Below, piece after piece: positions 18,301 to 27,434 of a stretch of 60,477 bases of DNA. Made by a program: the position numbers and the translations under genes. Origin of the DNA: a virus (Duplodnaviria > Caudoviricetes); the IMG/VR virus record IMGVR_UViG_3300043407_000092, positions 1-60,477 of that record; one strand, written 5' to 3'. Each line of letters starts with the position of its first letter. Positions within the stretch are counted from its first letter, which is position 1. A model generated the notes under the pieces. That model worked only from the letters and a program-made list of their open reading frames with translations. It did no database searches and was not told the DNA's origin.

Positions 18301-19424
18301 GCTTGGACGGCGGGCAAAATGTCGGAGCCGCCAAGTACAAATACTGTCCACTTACCAGCAGTCGAGTCAGCGCCAAAAGCAGCGCCAGCTGTGTGGTCTT
18401 GTGTAGCAATATAGGCGGACCCTACAGCGTCCTTGATGATGTCGTCTTTTAAGTACGCAGTTCCGGTCGTCCAGAGGCCGCGCCAGCGAATGCCGGAGTT
18501 AAATTTTTGCCATTTGCCAGCATCGAGGTCAGTCTGAAAAGTGGTAGACGCGTGGGGCAACATAGCAATGTATGTATTGCCGCCGTAGGCAATGACATCG
18601 TCAGTAACATACTCTACTGAGGTTGCCCACGAGCCGCGGTTCTTAAACCCATAGGTCAATTTGTCCCAAGTCAGCGGGGTAGTCGCTGGGTTTACACCAC
18701 TGTTGTCGGCCTTGGCTTGGTAAGTAGAACCGCCGTACGTTACGACCTCGCCAATCTTGTACGCAGAGCCAGTCGACCACACGCCACGGTTAGAGAAACC
18801 GTATAGGAATGGAGCCCAGTAGGTTGCGTTTGTTGGCAAGTTGGCAGTGGTATTCTGAATGCAGCGGTAGATATTGGAGCCGTACGGCACCATGTCACCA
18901 ACCACATACGCCGTCGCACCGTTAAACACAGACTGGGGGGAAATGCCATCTACAAAGCGATCCCAGTAGGTAACGTTTGTTGGGTTGTTTCCGGTGGTGT
19001 CAACTTTGGCGATATAGACCGCGCCGCCCAAAGTGACAACGTCATTCTTCTGATACGCCCGGACGTTGGTGTACGCACCTTCGTACTGAATACCGTCAGC
19101 AAACTGAGACCAGTAGGTAGTGTTTGGTGGTGTTTGACCTGTGCTGTCGAGGACAGCCACGAACACTTTACCGCCGTGGGCTACACCGTCACCAACGCGG
19201 TATTGCACTGCTGTGTCGAACACACCCTTGAACTTAAAGCCTTCGACCATCAGCGCCCAGTAAGTGGTCGATGTAGGCAAATTACCAGAAGTCTTCAGGC
19301 CGTACGTGTATACATACACGTTACCGCCGTACTTGACAATGTCGTTAGATTCGTAGGTGGTGGAGCCGCTCCAGTCACCAGCGAAATGAAAGCGAAGTTT
19401 GCCTAAGTCAATTAATTGAGTCAT
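15372..19424 (-). CDS. Large tail fibre/receptor-binding protein (CBM5/12-like repeats, beta-helix, Ig-like, Gly-rich tip)
   Basis: About 7 repeats of W..T.Y..GD.V.YGG..Y; FYVAPHGSD...PFASIKYA...GTYEE beta-helix start; GTLPPGLSL..SGLITG Ig-like; WTAPAGVTSVSVVAVGGG Gly-rich C-terminus. Confidence 0.85.
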   Translation of the reverse strand: MTQLIDLGKLRFHFAGDWSGSTTYESNDIVKYGGNVYVYTYGLKTSGNLPTSTTYWALMVEGFKFKGVFDTAVQYRVGDGVAHGGKVFVAVLDSTGQTPPNTTYWSQFADGIQYEGAYTNVRAYQKNDVVTLGGAVYIAKVDTTGNNPTNVTYWDRFVDGISPQSVFNGATAYVVGDMVPYGSNIYRCIQNTTANLPTNATYWAPFLYGFSNRGVWSTGSAYKIGEVVTYGGSTYQAKADNSGVNPATTPLTWDKLTYGFKNRGSWATSVEYVTDDVIAYGGNTYIAMLPHASTTFQTDLDAGKWQKFNSGIRWRGLWTTGTAYLKDDIIKDAVGSAYIATQDHTAGAAFGADSTAGKWTVFVLGGSDILPAVQASDAGQSLTVKSDGSALDWLGATQSDKVFYVAPHGSDLPTSGKNLSSPFASIKYATTVCGEGATIFVKTGTYEEQLPITIPANTAIVGDNQRTVIVQPKTGNSDDGVTPNAQSSMFLMSNASILNKMTFRGMTGWVPGTTPADVTTSTIKGVVVRLNPASPITHKSPYVLECSYIGTGGIGALIDGSVHTTGAKTMIFHGYTVISDNGIGYWVKDGGKSEIVSCFTYYTYFGYTASGGGFIRALNGNNSYGTWGATSRGFDSSETALTGTIVGEQLPFTYGGGLINIGDTVSNGAGATAIVTNVQYSSDKVYIKNRTGNFGATQSLTFTSGGIGTALGNAENQRGFVLVANGFSQLPKPGASISLAGDTYAYVIQSTTNTWVNSSSDMVLLLAQEKPTGSASGTAVTIRYKYSQIRLTGHDFLSIGTGGVTTTNYPGTPTQPAAQGNETDEQFPGRVFYVSTDQDGNFRVGEYFRIDQSTGKATLNASAFDLSGLSSLRLGSIGAQLGEQINEFSSDSTMGGNSNLAVPTEYAVKTYVDGKAGAVIPSQTGNSGKYLGTNGTAASWQTIQLLPNHPAGEGQGFLVDTAGTTSWFPADAIFTRNFPSFSAAATVTSGFYGGTQSINTFQAVNNAGGAVTHTFVSGTLPPGLSLQTSGLITGSISSGSGTATFTIRAVSNSITIDKAFTWNWSVVAPGQALFGTNVGTGTFSWTAPAGVTSVSVVAVGGGSSGGTSWSYAGGSGGGLGWKNNIAVTPGQSYTVRVGRGPAYSNGDNYGGNSYFIDTNTVAGGGGSHASFGTSEATIGTRNGYGGGYVGEGGGQGGNASSYQGGGGAGGYTGRGGNQYSDYQPNPTDSGAGGGGGYYSSTYGSGGGGGVGLNGRGGTGSGGNYMYNPFQGYNNSYSYGSGGAGGSGGENGGYGENPFSSSGQYGPPGGNYGGGGGGPGSSGWPGGRGGQGGVRIIWGGGRSFPMNAADA

Positions 19425-19654
19425 ACTATTTTCACCTGTAAATGACCGTTGTTACCCCATTGGAACTGCAAGGTATCTTGAGTCCACACCCATTGCTTGT
19501 AGTCATACTTGTCGATAACGTTGTCTTGTGGCAAGGCAACAGGGGAACCATCATTGATTATTTCAATATTTAGATTCCCAGTATCTGGGTCAAGACGAAA
19601 GCCGTAAAAAGTTTTATTGGCAAGATCGGTGCCTTCGTAGAAACCAGCCATCAT
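19421..19654 (-). CDS. Hypothetical virion-associated protein
   Basis: 77-aa ORF coupled to its neighbours in the structural operon. Confidence 0.65.
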   Translation of the reverse strand: MMAGFYEGTDLANKTFYGFRLDPDTGNLNIEIINDGSPVALPQDNVIDKYDYKQWVWTQDTLQFQWGNNGHLQVKIV

Positions 19655-19974
19655 GCAACTCCTGTCAGAATTGAGGCTACAACGTCAAACCCGTTATTAA
19701 GCCCACAGGTCGCAACTATAGCATCCCCAGACAAAAGTACCAACTTATTTCCACGCATCAATTCTTCGTTCGCGCCGTTCTCAATTCGCTTGTCTTTGAC
19801 AACATACGTATCACCGCCGGAGCTACGCAAAATCAAACTAACCGGCAAAATACCACCGGTTTTGTTTGCAACATTGCAGCCTATCAAAATTGCTTTGACG
19901 CCGCTTGGGACTGTGTAGACAACGCTGTCCGCAGTTCCAACATTTGTTGCTTTTGCGTTAATAAAACTGGTCAT
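19651..19974 (-). CDS. Hypothetical structural protein
   Basis: VYTVPSG..AILIGCNVAN...KLVL..GD pattern, common in phage structural modules. Confidence 0.7.
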   Translation of the reverse strand: MTSFINAKATNVGTADSVVYTVPSGVKAILIGCNVANKTGGILPVSLILRSSGGDTYVVKDKRIENGANEELMRGNKLVLLSGDAIVATCGLNNGFDVVASILTGVA

Positions 19975-19977
19975 GCG

Positions 19978-20160
19978 TTACCCCAAAGCGATTGCTAAAA
20001 CTAACGCGTTGGCGTCAGCTTCTGTCAGTGTCTCTGCCTTGGCTTCTTCTACTCTATCACGAAGATTGATAAAGTTTGCGTCAACCTCTGCGTTTGTTAG
20101 CGGGCTACCCTTTGCAGTAGCGCCTGTCGTTCTAGTGACAATAGTCGCTGGTGTGGTCAT
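19978..20160 (-). CDS. Small virion protein (KGSPLTNAEVDANF motif)
   Basis: Motif typical of fibre N-termini; C-terminal ALVLAIALG. Confidence 0.7.
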   Translation of the reverse strand: MTTPATIVTRTTGATAKGSPLTNAEVDANFINLRDRVEEAKAETLTEADANALVLAIALG

Positions 20161-20176
20161 GGGTAGCCCCTACAAC

Positions 20177-20626
20177 TTAGTTAACTGTGACAGTCCAAGT
20201 AACAGTCATTGAGTCGCCAGACTGTTTGTTTACAACTGGGAACACTGTGCGGCAAAGCATTGTGCCGCTTGTACCGGCGTTAAAAATGCCGGACTCAGTA
20301 ACAGCACCAGTACCTACACCAGCAGCAAAAGATGCAATGTAAGTAACTTGATTAGCGGTAACTGTAGTGCTAGTAAGCGTTACGCGTGAGCCGGAAATTT
20401 CCGTACCCAATGTCGTATCGCCCAAAGCAGCAGCAGTTGTGCCGGTGCCCAGAGACATGTGAGACATCACAGTCGCTGTTGCTTCTTTCATGCGGCTTGC
20501 AATAAATGCCAAGCCAGTGCTAACCACAAGGTTTTTCAAGTCGCGTTCATCTTTAACTTGGCCGTCGGGGCCAGTCAAAACAACACGCAGTGCGCCTGTG
20601 ACGTTTAGGTTGTCATTCGTGTTCAT
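20177..20626 (-). CDS. Hypothetical structural protein
   Basis: KNLVVSTG...GTGTTAA..DTTL...TESGIFN...VNK..GD.MTVTW pattern. Confidence 0.75.
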   Translation of the reverse strand: MNTNDNLNVTGALRVVLTGPDGQVKDERDLKNLVVSTGLAFIASRMKEATATVMSHMSLGTGTTAAALGDTTLGTEISGSRVTLTSTTVTANQVTYIASFAAGVGTGAVTESGIFNAGTSGTMLCRTVFPVVNKQSGDSMTVTWTVTVN

Positions 20627-20635
20627 CTTAGTTCC

Positions 20636-22942
20636 TCATGTAAAAATACGCTCTTGCCCAACATACGGCTGACTGAAATAGGAAATATCGCAGTAGTCCG
20701 TTAAAAACAGGTACCCCGTGTCGGTAGCACTCTGTGTTTCCGATAGTGTACGCTGTAAATCAAATTTTTGCACCTCTAAAAGATTAACAGATTCAGAGAA
20801 TCGTTTGCTAACACTGGCTGTTTGATTATCTTCCGTTGTGAGAGTGCCGTCAAAGTCATCAGTTACTGCAACTATATCGCTAAATCTCTTCTGTAGACCT
20901 AAAGCTGTTGTATCCGTAGCATACTGGTCTTCGTATTGTGGTGGCACGCCGTTGGCGGCAATTCGAATAACGTCTACAACTTCAGAAGTTGTCAAGTTAT
21001 CTACTGCGGAAACCACAAAATGAACAAAGGTCGTTGTCGAGGTTGTGACTGAATCAGATAGCGTTTTGTTAAAGGTGTGGGCAAAAGACTCAGCTACAGC
21101 AACAGAATCTGCAGACACGCGGCTCAAGTCAAAAAGCTTGAGGTCGGACAAAGTTGCCGTGTCTGTTAGGGTTTTCCCTGATTTAAAAATCAATTGAGTC
21201 TCAGTAACAGCAGCACTATCTGTGGCAGAAAGGCCAAAACCAATGGCTACGGTATCGCTGGGCGACGTGGTATCTGCCAAGCTGCGAGCGTAAGCTAACA
21301 CATACGCCAGTTGATCGGCGGTACTTGCTGTGTCAGAAAGACGCTTAGCAAATTGTGCCGTAGTAGAGTCAAAAGAACTAGCAAAGTCCTGCCGAGCTTT
21401 TCCGAATTCGACTGCTGTATCTGTATTTGAAGTCGCGCTATCAGTAAGAGATTTACCTACAGACAAAGCTGCTTGCTCGGTCATTACAGCAGTATCCGCT
21501 GATACACGAGAAATGTCGTAGGACAAAACTGTCGCGAGTGTGGCTACATCCAAAATCCTCTTGTTTAGGAAAAAAACCTCACCGTCGTCTGTTACGGTAG
21601 CGGTGTTAATTTCGTCAGTAGCGTCCGCAACATCTGCAAAATTACGGAAGTAATCAAAGACGTAAATTAAGTTATCCGCCGTAGTAGCCGCATCTGTTGA
21701 ATTTTTACCGTACGCCGTTGTGGTGTTATCAATTGTTACAGCATTGTCTTGGCGCAGCTTACTAAACGCAACCCGCGTTAGAGTACTTGAGGCCGCCGTA
21801 TCCGCAGCAGCAAGATTAAAGTCCACAAAAGCCGAATCGCCAAACGCCACTGCGTCTGAAAACGGTTTAAACGCAGTAATTGCTGTTTGCGTCGCAGATG
21901 CTACAGCGTCAGCAAGAGCTTTTTCAAAGTAGGCGCTGCTGTCATCAGTCGTTGTGGCGGAGTCGCTAAGTGCTTTGCCGGTGTTGCGGACTTGGGTGTC
22001 CGACGAAGTCGTCGCATCAGAAGCAGCTTTTGAGGCTAGTAAAACTGTGTTGTCCGCAAAACTCGTCAGATCAGATAACGGTTTGTTGCTTGCCAGTGCG
22101 GTAGTCGTAGCGGTTGTAAACGCGTCCGCTCTTGCTTTTTGTGTAAATAAATCCGGCTGATCCAGCAACTGCGCAATATCCGCTGACACTCGGGCAATAT
22201 CGTAAGAAAGGGTGGTGTTAGTCGTAGCCGAGTCTAGGACTCGTTTATCTAGGAAAAACACCTCTCCATCATCCGTCAGAAATGCGGTATTGATCTCATC
22301 CGTACCATCAACAACATCGTCAAAGAACCTGACAAAAGACACAACACGAGAGAAGGTATCAACCGTAATAGCTGGGTCGTTTACCGCTTTACCGAATGTA
22401 GTAATGTTTGTCGTAGCCGTCCCAACCGGATCGCTTTTTGTAGTGTTAAAACCTTTGTCAGTAGCGGTAGAAGTAGTAGCAGCATCAACTAACGGCTTCC
22501 CAAAAACTTGAGTCAATTGGGTGGTTGTCGCGGCTGCGTCCGCTAAAACTCTGCCAGTGAAGAATGTTACTAGATCAGTTGTATCTGCTTTGTCTTGCAG
22601 GGCTTTAGACAAGCTAACCAATGCGGCGTCAACAGCGCGAATTTCATCTTCACGTAATTTAGAAAAGCTAAATGTAGCAAGCTCAGAAGTGGCAAAAGAA
22701 TCTGCCAACTCATACAACGTAAAGAAATACCCTGTAGCCGCGTCTGCTTTGAGTAATGAGGCTTTTACGGCAACAGATAGATTTTCTGTATTAGATAAAA
22801 CACTAAACACGGCTGCTCTTGCAAGCACCGTCATTACTTCTTCGGAAAGAGTCGCAGTCCCAACAACCGCCCGCGCTTTCGCAGCTAGCTTCGCGTACGT
22901 CGCTAGTGCCTTTATGCGGTGTCCGGAGACCTTAATAGGCAT
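20636..22942 (-). CDS. Repetitive Thr/Asp/Ala-rich structural (fibre/decoration) protein
   Basis: About 17-aa periodic K.L.D.A...D pattern and an internal ~50-aa duplication. Confidence 0.7.
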   Translation of the reverse strand: MPIKVSGHRIKALATYAKLAAKARAVVGTATLSEEVMTVLARAAVFSVLSNTENLSVAVKASLLKADAATGYFFTLYELADSFATSELATFSFSKLREDEIRAVDAALVSLSKALQDKADTTDLVTFFTGRVLADAAATTTQLTQVFGKPLVDAATTSTATDKGFNTTKSDPVGTATTNITTFGKAVNDPAITVDTFSRVVSFVRFFDDVVDGTDEINTAFLTDDGEVFFLDKRVLDSATTNTTLSYDIARVSADIAQLLDQPDLFTQKARADAFTTATTTALASNKPLSDLTSFADNTVLLASKAASDATTSSDTQVRNTGKALSDSATTTDDSSAYFEKALADAVASATQTAITAFKPFSDAVAFGDSAFVDFNLAAADTAASSTLTRVAFSKLRQDNAVTIDNTTTAYGKNSTDAATTADNLIYVFDYFRNFADVADATDEINTATVTDDGEVFFLNKRILDVATLATVLSYDISRVSADTAVMTEQAALSVGKSLTDSATSNTDTAVEFGKARQDFASSFDSTTAQFAKRLSDTASTADQLAYVLAYARSLADTTSPSDTVAIGFGLSATDSAAVTETQLIFKSGKTLTDTATLSDLKLFDLSRVSADSVAVAESFAHTFNKTLSDSVTTSTTTFVHFVVSAVDNLTTSEVVDVIRIAANGVPPQYEDQYATDTTALGLQKRFSDIVAVTDDFDGTLTTEDNQTASVSKRFSESVNLLEVQKFDLQRTLSETQSATDTGYLFLTDYCDISYFSQPYVGQERIFT

Positions 22943-22943
22943 C

Positions 22944-23333
22944 TCAGAATTGAGCCCTTAGTTGAAACTTCAAAGGTGTGTAAACGGTTTGCACGGTTGA
23001 ATCGGAGAATGTAACCTCGATCTCACCCTCATAACTACCGGGCTCAATACTCAAATTGCCTGCAGTAAATGCAAATGCAACGCGCCCACCAGAGCCGGGT
23101 AACGCGTACGCCTGACCAACTAAACCTTGCGTTACGACACCGTTTTCGTCTTCAATACCTGATTGAAGGTACCCAGTTAAAGTAAATAATGTGGCTGTAG
23201 TACCGGTAGCGCGAAAACGCATGCGGGCTGTGGAACCAGAGATATCTACGATATCTCCAGTCGTGTCATCGGTAATGACGGCCTTGATTTGTGGGCGTGT
23301 GTCGCCCTGAACAAGTTTAATTTTCTCGGCCAT
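22944..23333 (-). CDS. BppU N-terminal-like structural protein
   Basis: IKLVQGDTRP...DISG...G.YEGEIEVTF.D..VQT pattern. Confidence 0.7.
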   Translation of the reverse strand: MAEKIKLVQGDTRPQIKAVITDDTTGDIVDISGSTARMRFRATGTTATLFTLTGYLQSGIEDENGVVTQGLVGQAYALPGSGGRVAFAFTAGNLSIEPGSYEGEIEVTFSDSTVQTVYTPLKFQLRAQF

Positions 23334-23343
23334 GATTTACCTT

Positions 23344-24042
23344 TTAGCCAGCAGCCATTACCGCCGTGTTTGGATTGTTTACGGGGTTAGGTGCAACACT
23401 CATCGTAGACTTAATTTCAACACCCAACGCATTACCAAAAGCTTGGTAGTGAGCTTGAGCGCGAGCCGCGTTACCTGCGTATTCAGCATCTTTCGTGTAA
23501 GCACGATACATAATGTAGTCCAACACGACGTTACCGTAAATATCTGGCAAGCTAAGGTTGCCTGCTACAGCAGTATACAAAGCGCCATCGGCGGGCTCAA
23601 CAACATCAGTTGGGTATGCGGAGTACACAACATCAACTTGGGCTAGGACTGTCGCAGGCGGGTAAACATAAAACACTTTAGGATCGCGCACGTCGTACAT
23701 AAAATGCAAGATGTCAACCGATCCTGTAAGGCTATGCCAGTTAGGAGTTTGTGCATCTAAAATTTCACGATTAACCATGCGGATTGCTTTTTTAGCGCTT
23801 GTGGCTGCGGAGTTGCGAACAACTTCAATTAACTTTGCGCCGTTAGCAGGAAGTGATTGTTTTGTTCCTGCGACACACGTTACAGTCGAACTTGTAACCA
23901 TTGCATCGGGACGATACAAAACAACTTCGCGTTGCCCGTCGTTAAGGTAGCGAACCAGTTCGTTAATGGGCCAGCGGATTGACGTGCTGTCTTGAAGCGT
24001 CTCAACGGCGCGGCGAATAATTGATTGTGCTGTAAGAGCCAT
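23344..24042 (-). CDS. Head-tail adaptor protein
   Basis: LQD....RW...ELVRYLNDGQRE, FYVYPPA and DYIMYRAYTKDAE motifs; downstream of the capsid gene. Confidence 0.75.
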   Translation of the reverse strand: MALTAQSIIRRAVETLQDSTSIRWPINELVRYLNDGQREVVLYRPDAMVTSSTVTCVAGTKQSLPANGAKLIEVVRNSAATSAKKAIRMVNREILDAQTPNWHSLTGSVDILHFMYDVRDPKVFYVYPPATVLAQVDVVYSAYPTDVVEPADGALYTAVAGNLSLPDIYGNVVLDYIMYRAYTKDAEYAGNAARAQAHYQAFGNALGVEIKSTMSVAPNPVNNPNTAVMAAG

Positions 24043-24051
24043 GGTTTTACC

Positions 24052-24684
24052 TCATGCAAAAGGACGATAACGAACGCGCATAGACCCGCGTACAAGGCCA
24101 TAGTTACTTTCAATTCTAGAGCTATTGGTTTGTCTAGCTGCAGAGTTTAACAATACTTGCGCTTGCGCGGGATTGCTAAAAGGTTGACCCGGAATCTGCA
24201 TTGCTTGAGCAATGGCGCTAGACACGATCGGGTTAATCCAAGTGTTATACAAATCATCATCAAGTTGCGTCGCTGTACGAGCAGGCGCTAAGGCAACATT
24301 GACAACAACGTCATACGCCCCATCAGGGGGAGGCGATAACATTAACGTTAAAACAGAGTCAGTTCTGTCTGTGTAAAAACCTCGAGGCTTAGCGACCGCA
24401 GTTGGCAAGTCGCCTCGTATAGCTTCCGCCATACCAGCGGTAAGTTCTTTATAGTCCAACGTAACGCCCATCACACGACTAATAGTGTGCTGGGTACTAG
24501 GCGGGTCAAGGTCGTACTGAATCTGCCCTTTAAACGTTTTAAACTCGTCAAGGTTTTGTCGCAGAACTAATGATGTGTCGCAAAACTCAATAGCCGCGTT
24601 TACAAGTACCTGCGCAGCCAGAGGCTCAGAGCACCCGGGTAAATACGGCAGGATACGAGAGAAAAACGCGCTTAGAGGCTTCAT
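24052..24684 (-). CDS. Putative tail tubular A / adaptor protein
   Basis: ILPYLPGCSEP...AAIEFC...QPFSNP pattern; synteny. Confidence 0.65.
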   Translation of the reverse strand: MKPLSAFFSRILPYLPGCSEPLAAQVLVNAAIEFCDTSLVLRQNLDEFKTFKGQIQYDLDPPSTQHTISRVMGVTLDYKELTAGMAEAIRGDLPTAVAKPRGFYTDRTDSVLTLMLSPPPDGAYDVVVNVALAPARTATQLDDDLYNTWINPIVSSAIAQAMQIPGQPFSNPAQAQVLLNSAARQTNSSRIESNYGLVRGSMRVRYRPFA

Positions 24685-24692
24685 AGATTACC

Positions 24693-24974
24693 TTACTTTT
24701 CAGGCGTAGGCTCGATTTCGATTGCGATTTCGTCCTGTGATTGCACAGATTCTACTACTACGGCTTCTTTTTTGCGAGTTTTTGTTGATACCGCTGCAGC
24801 TTCTGCTACGGCTAAATTCGAGTGTTCGTTAGCCAACAAAATACCGCGCTCGGTCAAAACCCAATCGTGGCCTTCCAAACGAGCAACAATAACAATTGCA
24901 CCATCAATATGTGCACGCACTTTGTTGTTTAAAATTTCGCCGCCAAGGCGAGCCATTAGGTCGAGAGCGTTCAT
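24693..24974 (-). CDS. Hypothetical protein
   Basis: 93-aa ORF with GGAG SD, directly after the capsid terminator. Confidence 0.7.
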   Translation of the reverse strand: MNALDLMARLGGEILNNKVRAHIDGAIVIVARLEGHDWVLTERGILLANEHSNLAVAEAAAVSTKTRKKEAVVVESVQSQDEIAIEIEPTPEK

Positions 24975-24990
24975 TTTTTTCTCCAGATGT

Positions 24991-25019
24991 GAAAAAGGGG
25001 GCCCGAAGGCCCCCTCTTT
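24991..25019 (-). terminator. Intrinsic terminator after the major capsid gene
   Basis: Minus strand GAGGGGGCC-TTCG-GGCCCCCTTTT. Confidence 0.85.
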
Positions 25020-25028
25020 ATACCACTA

Positions 25029-26036
25029 TCAAGTGGCTGAGCCAACAACAGCAGTAACCATAGCTTCAGGCTTAACAACCTTACGGCCATACACAGCCAA
25101 ACCACGGACGATATCGCCGAAGTCAGTCTGGTTACGCAGGGGTTCTGTCTTGTTAATAGTCATGGCGAAGGATGTAGCACCCTTTGTACCAGCAACCATA
25201 ATACGACGAGCCTTAGCGTTAGTCACAGCGCCACCAGTGGAGGTAGCAGACAAACCAGCAACCAATGCCTTACCTGCTTCGCCGCGTGGCAGCAAGTTAG
25301 ACACATAAACGCTGAAACGATCCAACATGCCGATTTTGCCTGTGCGAATAACGCTAGACTGGTCGCCTGTAAAGTACGCTTGAGCGATGCTAGATTGCAT
25401 GAGCAACTGGCGGTCAAAAGGACTAATAATCAAGAAACGGCCATCTTCAGGAACGTTCTGCTCGTCCAAGACTGTAGACATGCGAAGGATAGCCTTCAAC
25501 ACGTTTTCAGGAGTAGCTTGGTCGATAGGAGCGATGTCTGTACCCAAGTTATAGGCAGCAGAAATCCTACCGGCAGTAGCGCCTTCGTTGGCAGCAGCAG
25601 GGCCTTCGGTCACGAAGCTGTTGAAGAACACTTCGTTTTCGATGGCGATTTTCAACTGCTTGGCAGCGTCTTCTGTGAACATGTTCATCAAGTTCATGTC
25701 GGACTGATAAGACAGCACGTCGTTGACTTGCACGCCAAAGTACTTGCCCTTAGTCACTTGCATATCTTGGAAGATAGGAGTGGGGACTTCGTACGACAAA
25801 GTCTGACCAACAGTGTAGTCAGAAATGCTGATGGAAGGAGCCAAACGGATACGGACTGTATCGCCTTGGTTCTTCAATTCGCCTTCGTAGTCAGTGTTAG
25901 TGACTTCAGACAACATGGTGTTCTGGTAGAACTTAGCCAAGAGTTTGCCTGACCACAGCGTGGGGATAAAGGCACCGGAGTATGAGGGGTTGGTGTCAAA
26001 TGCACCAGAGCCCGTGACGGGATAAACAGCAGCCAT
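25029..26036 (-). CDS. Major capsid protein (P22 coat-like, HK97 fold)
   Basis: FIPTLWSGKLL, NTDYEGELKNQGDTVRI, LDEQNVPEDGR and FGDIVRGLAVYGRKVV motifs; strong AGGAGG SD; follows the scaffold gene. Confidence 0.9.
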   Translation of the reverse strand: MAAVYPVTGSGAFDTNPSYSGAFIPTLWSGKLLAKFYQNTMLSEVTNTDYEGELKNQGDTVRIRLAPSISISDYTVGQTLSYEVPTPIFQDMQVTKGKYFGVQVNDVLSYQSDMNLMNMFTEDAAKQLKIAIENEVFFNSFVTEGPAAANEGATAGRISAAYNLGTDIAPIDQATPENVLKAILRMSTVLDEQNVPEDGRFLIISPFDRQLLMQSSIAQAYFTGDQSSVIRTGKIGMLDRFSVYVSNLLPRGEAGKALVAGLSATSTGGAVTNAKARRIMVAGTKGATSFAMTINKTEPLRNQTDFGDIVRGLAVYGRKVVKPEAMVTAVVGSAT

Positions 26037-26086
26037 TTTGGCCTCCTAAAATAAAAACAGGTTGGGTAAATGCTGCATGCAGGGAG

Positions 26087-27055
26087 TTACGCTCTTACGC
26101 GTCCATCTCTGTAAGCCGCATCAATTTCAGCTTCAAGTTTCATTGCTTCTTCGCGCTGGCCCCTAGAACTCAGTTCGACAGACTTTTGAAACATTTTCTG
26201 GATTTGTGAATCCGTGTATGTTTTAGCCTGCTGTGAAACTGGTACGTTAGACGTAGAACGTTTCGGCTGGATTTGTTTTTCAAGCTCGGAGGCTTTGTCG
26301 TTGACGGGTTCTACGGGGGTAATGCTCGATTTGAACATTCCAACATAGTGGGCAACGGCTTCGGCATCAGCTCGGTTAAACGCATCTTGTGCAACAGATT
26401 TTCTTGGTGCTCGGAGCAGAGGATCAACCTCATTCAACCAGTTAACCCAACGGGGGTCGGCGTTAATGTCTTGAAAGTCTGGAACCATTCGGTACAGACG
26501 TTGCTCAAAGGATGCCTCTGATACTTGACTGCCGGTAGTGTTTAACTGCTCACGCAATTTATCATTTTCGACTCTCATAGCATCGAGCTCATCTCGAAAC
26601 TCTGCTGCCACTTCGCGGGCAACCTTGCGTTGGACTTCAATTAAGTCCTCACCAAATGCTTGAATATCAGCATCCGTAACCAATTTCTCAGCAACTGCAG
26701 GCTTCTTCGTCTCGACGGGCTTGGTTTCTGCGGCTTTTCGGAGACTATCCAATTGGGCCTTAAATTCCCGCAAGTCGGCGTGTAAGCGTGGCACTTCCGC
26801 GTCATATTTGCCTTTTAGCGCAATATAGCGACTCTGCCATGTCTCATCAGCTATAGCTGGTTCAATTGGTTCTGGCTTTGTTTCAACAGGTTTTTGCTCG
26901 ATGGCGGGAGGCTCAGGTGTCGAAAGGTCGGCTGGAGGGTCTTCCGTAGATTGCGATTCCGGGTTAGCGGTCGCTGGGTTTTGACTCTCAGCTATTTGTT
27001 TTTCGATCTGTTCCAGTTCACGTAATTGAGCTTCTACTTGCTTGGGCAATGCCAT
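26087..27055 (-). CDS. Capsid scaffolding protein
   Basis: Acidic, Pro-rich coiled coil; LKGKYDAEVPRL; C-terminal EIDAAYRDGRV; lies between portal and capsid. Confidence 0.8.
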   Translation of the reverse strand: MALPKQVEAQLRELEQIEKQIAESQNPATANPESQSTEDPPADLSTPEPPAIEQKPVETKPEPIEPAIADETWQSRYIALKGKYDAEVPRLHADLREFKAQLDSLRKAAETKPVETKKPAVAEKLVTDADIQAFGEDLIEVQRKVAREVAAEFRDELDAMRVENDKLREQLNTTGSQVSEASFEQRLYRMVPDFQDINADPRWVNWLNEVDPLLRAPRKSVAQDAFNRADAEAVAHYVGMFKSSITPVEPVNDKASELEKQIQPKRSTSNVPVSQQAKTYTDSQIQKMFQKSVELSSRGQREEAMKLEAEIDAAYRDGRVRA

Positions 27056-27151
27056 TTTAATTTCCTTTAAAGCGCCAACTCTGCATTTCAGGCGTCGGAT
27101 ATACCGGTGTGCCGTCTAACATAATGGTTTGCTAGGACTACAAAAATCGGG

Positions 27152-27391
27152 TCATTTGACCCGGTCAAAAATCTCGGGCGACTTTTCAACCGCTTCGAGA
27201 AAATCGGATAAGACCTCAGCGCGACCTTGAAGACGGTGTATTCGGACTAGATCATCGGCAAGAATCAAGGAGTCTTTGGTCTCCTCAAGCCTTTTGCGGA
27301 ATAAATCTATCAGAGCACTGTTTTCCAGCTTGCAGCGTTGAAGCGCTTGCATTTGCTGTCGGTCTGGCTTTTGGCCAACAAAAATTTTCAT
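27152..27391 (-). CDS. Small head-assembly protein (Bbp19-like)
   Basis: RLQGRAEVL motif; position between portal and scaffold. Confidence 0.6.
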   Translation of the reverse strand: MKIFVGQKPDRQQMQALQRCKLENSALIDLFRKRLEETKDSLILADDLVRIHRLQGRAEVLSDFLEAVEKSPEIFDRVK

Positions 27392-27399
27392 CTGTATAT

Positions 27400-27428
27400 T
27401 TTATACCACTGACTATTTGCACAGTCAA
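27400..27428 (-). promoter_or_regulatory. Sigma70-like promoter TTGACT-N17-TATAAA (extended -10)
   Basis: Read directly on the minus strand; the -10 ends 8 nt upstream of ATG 27391. Confidence 0.75.
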
Positions 27429-27434
27429 GTGTTT

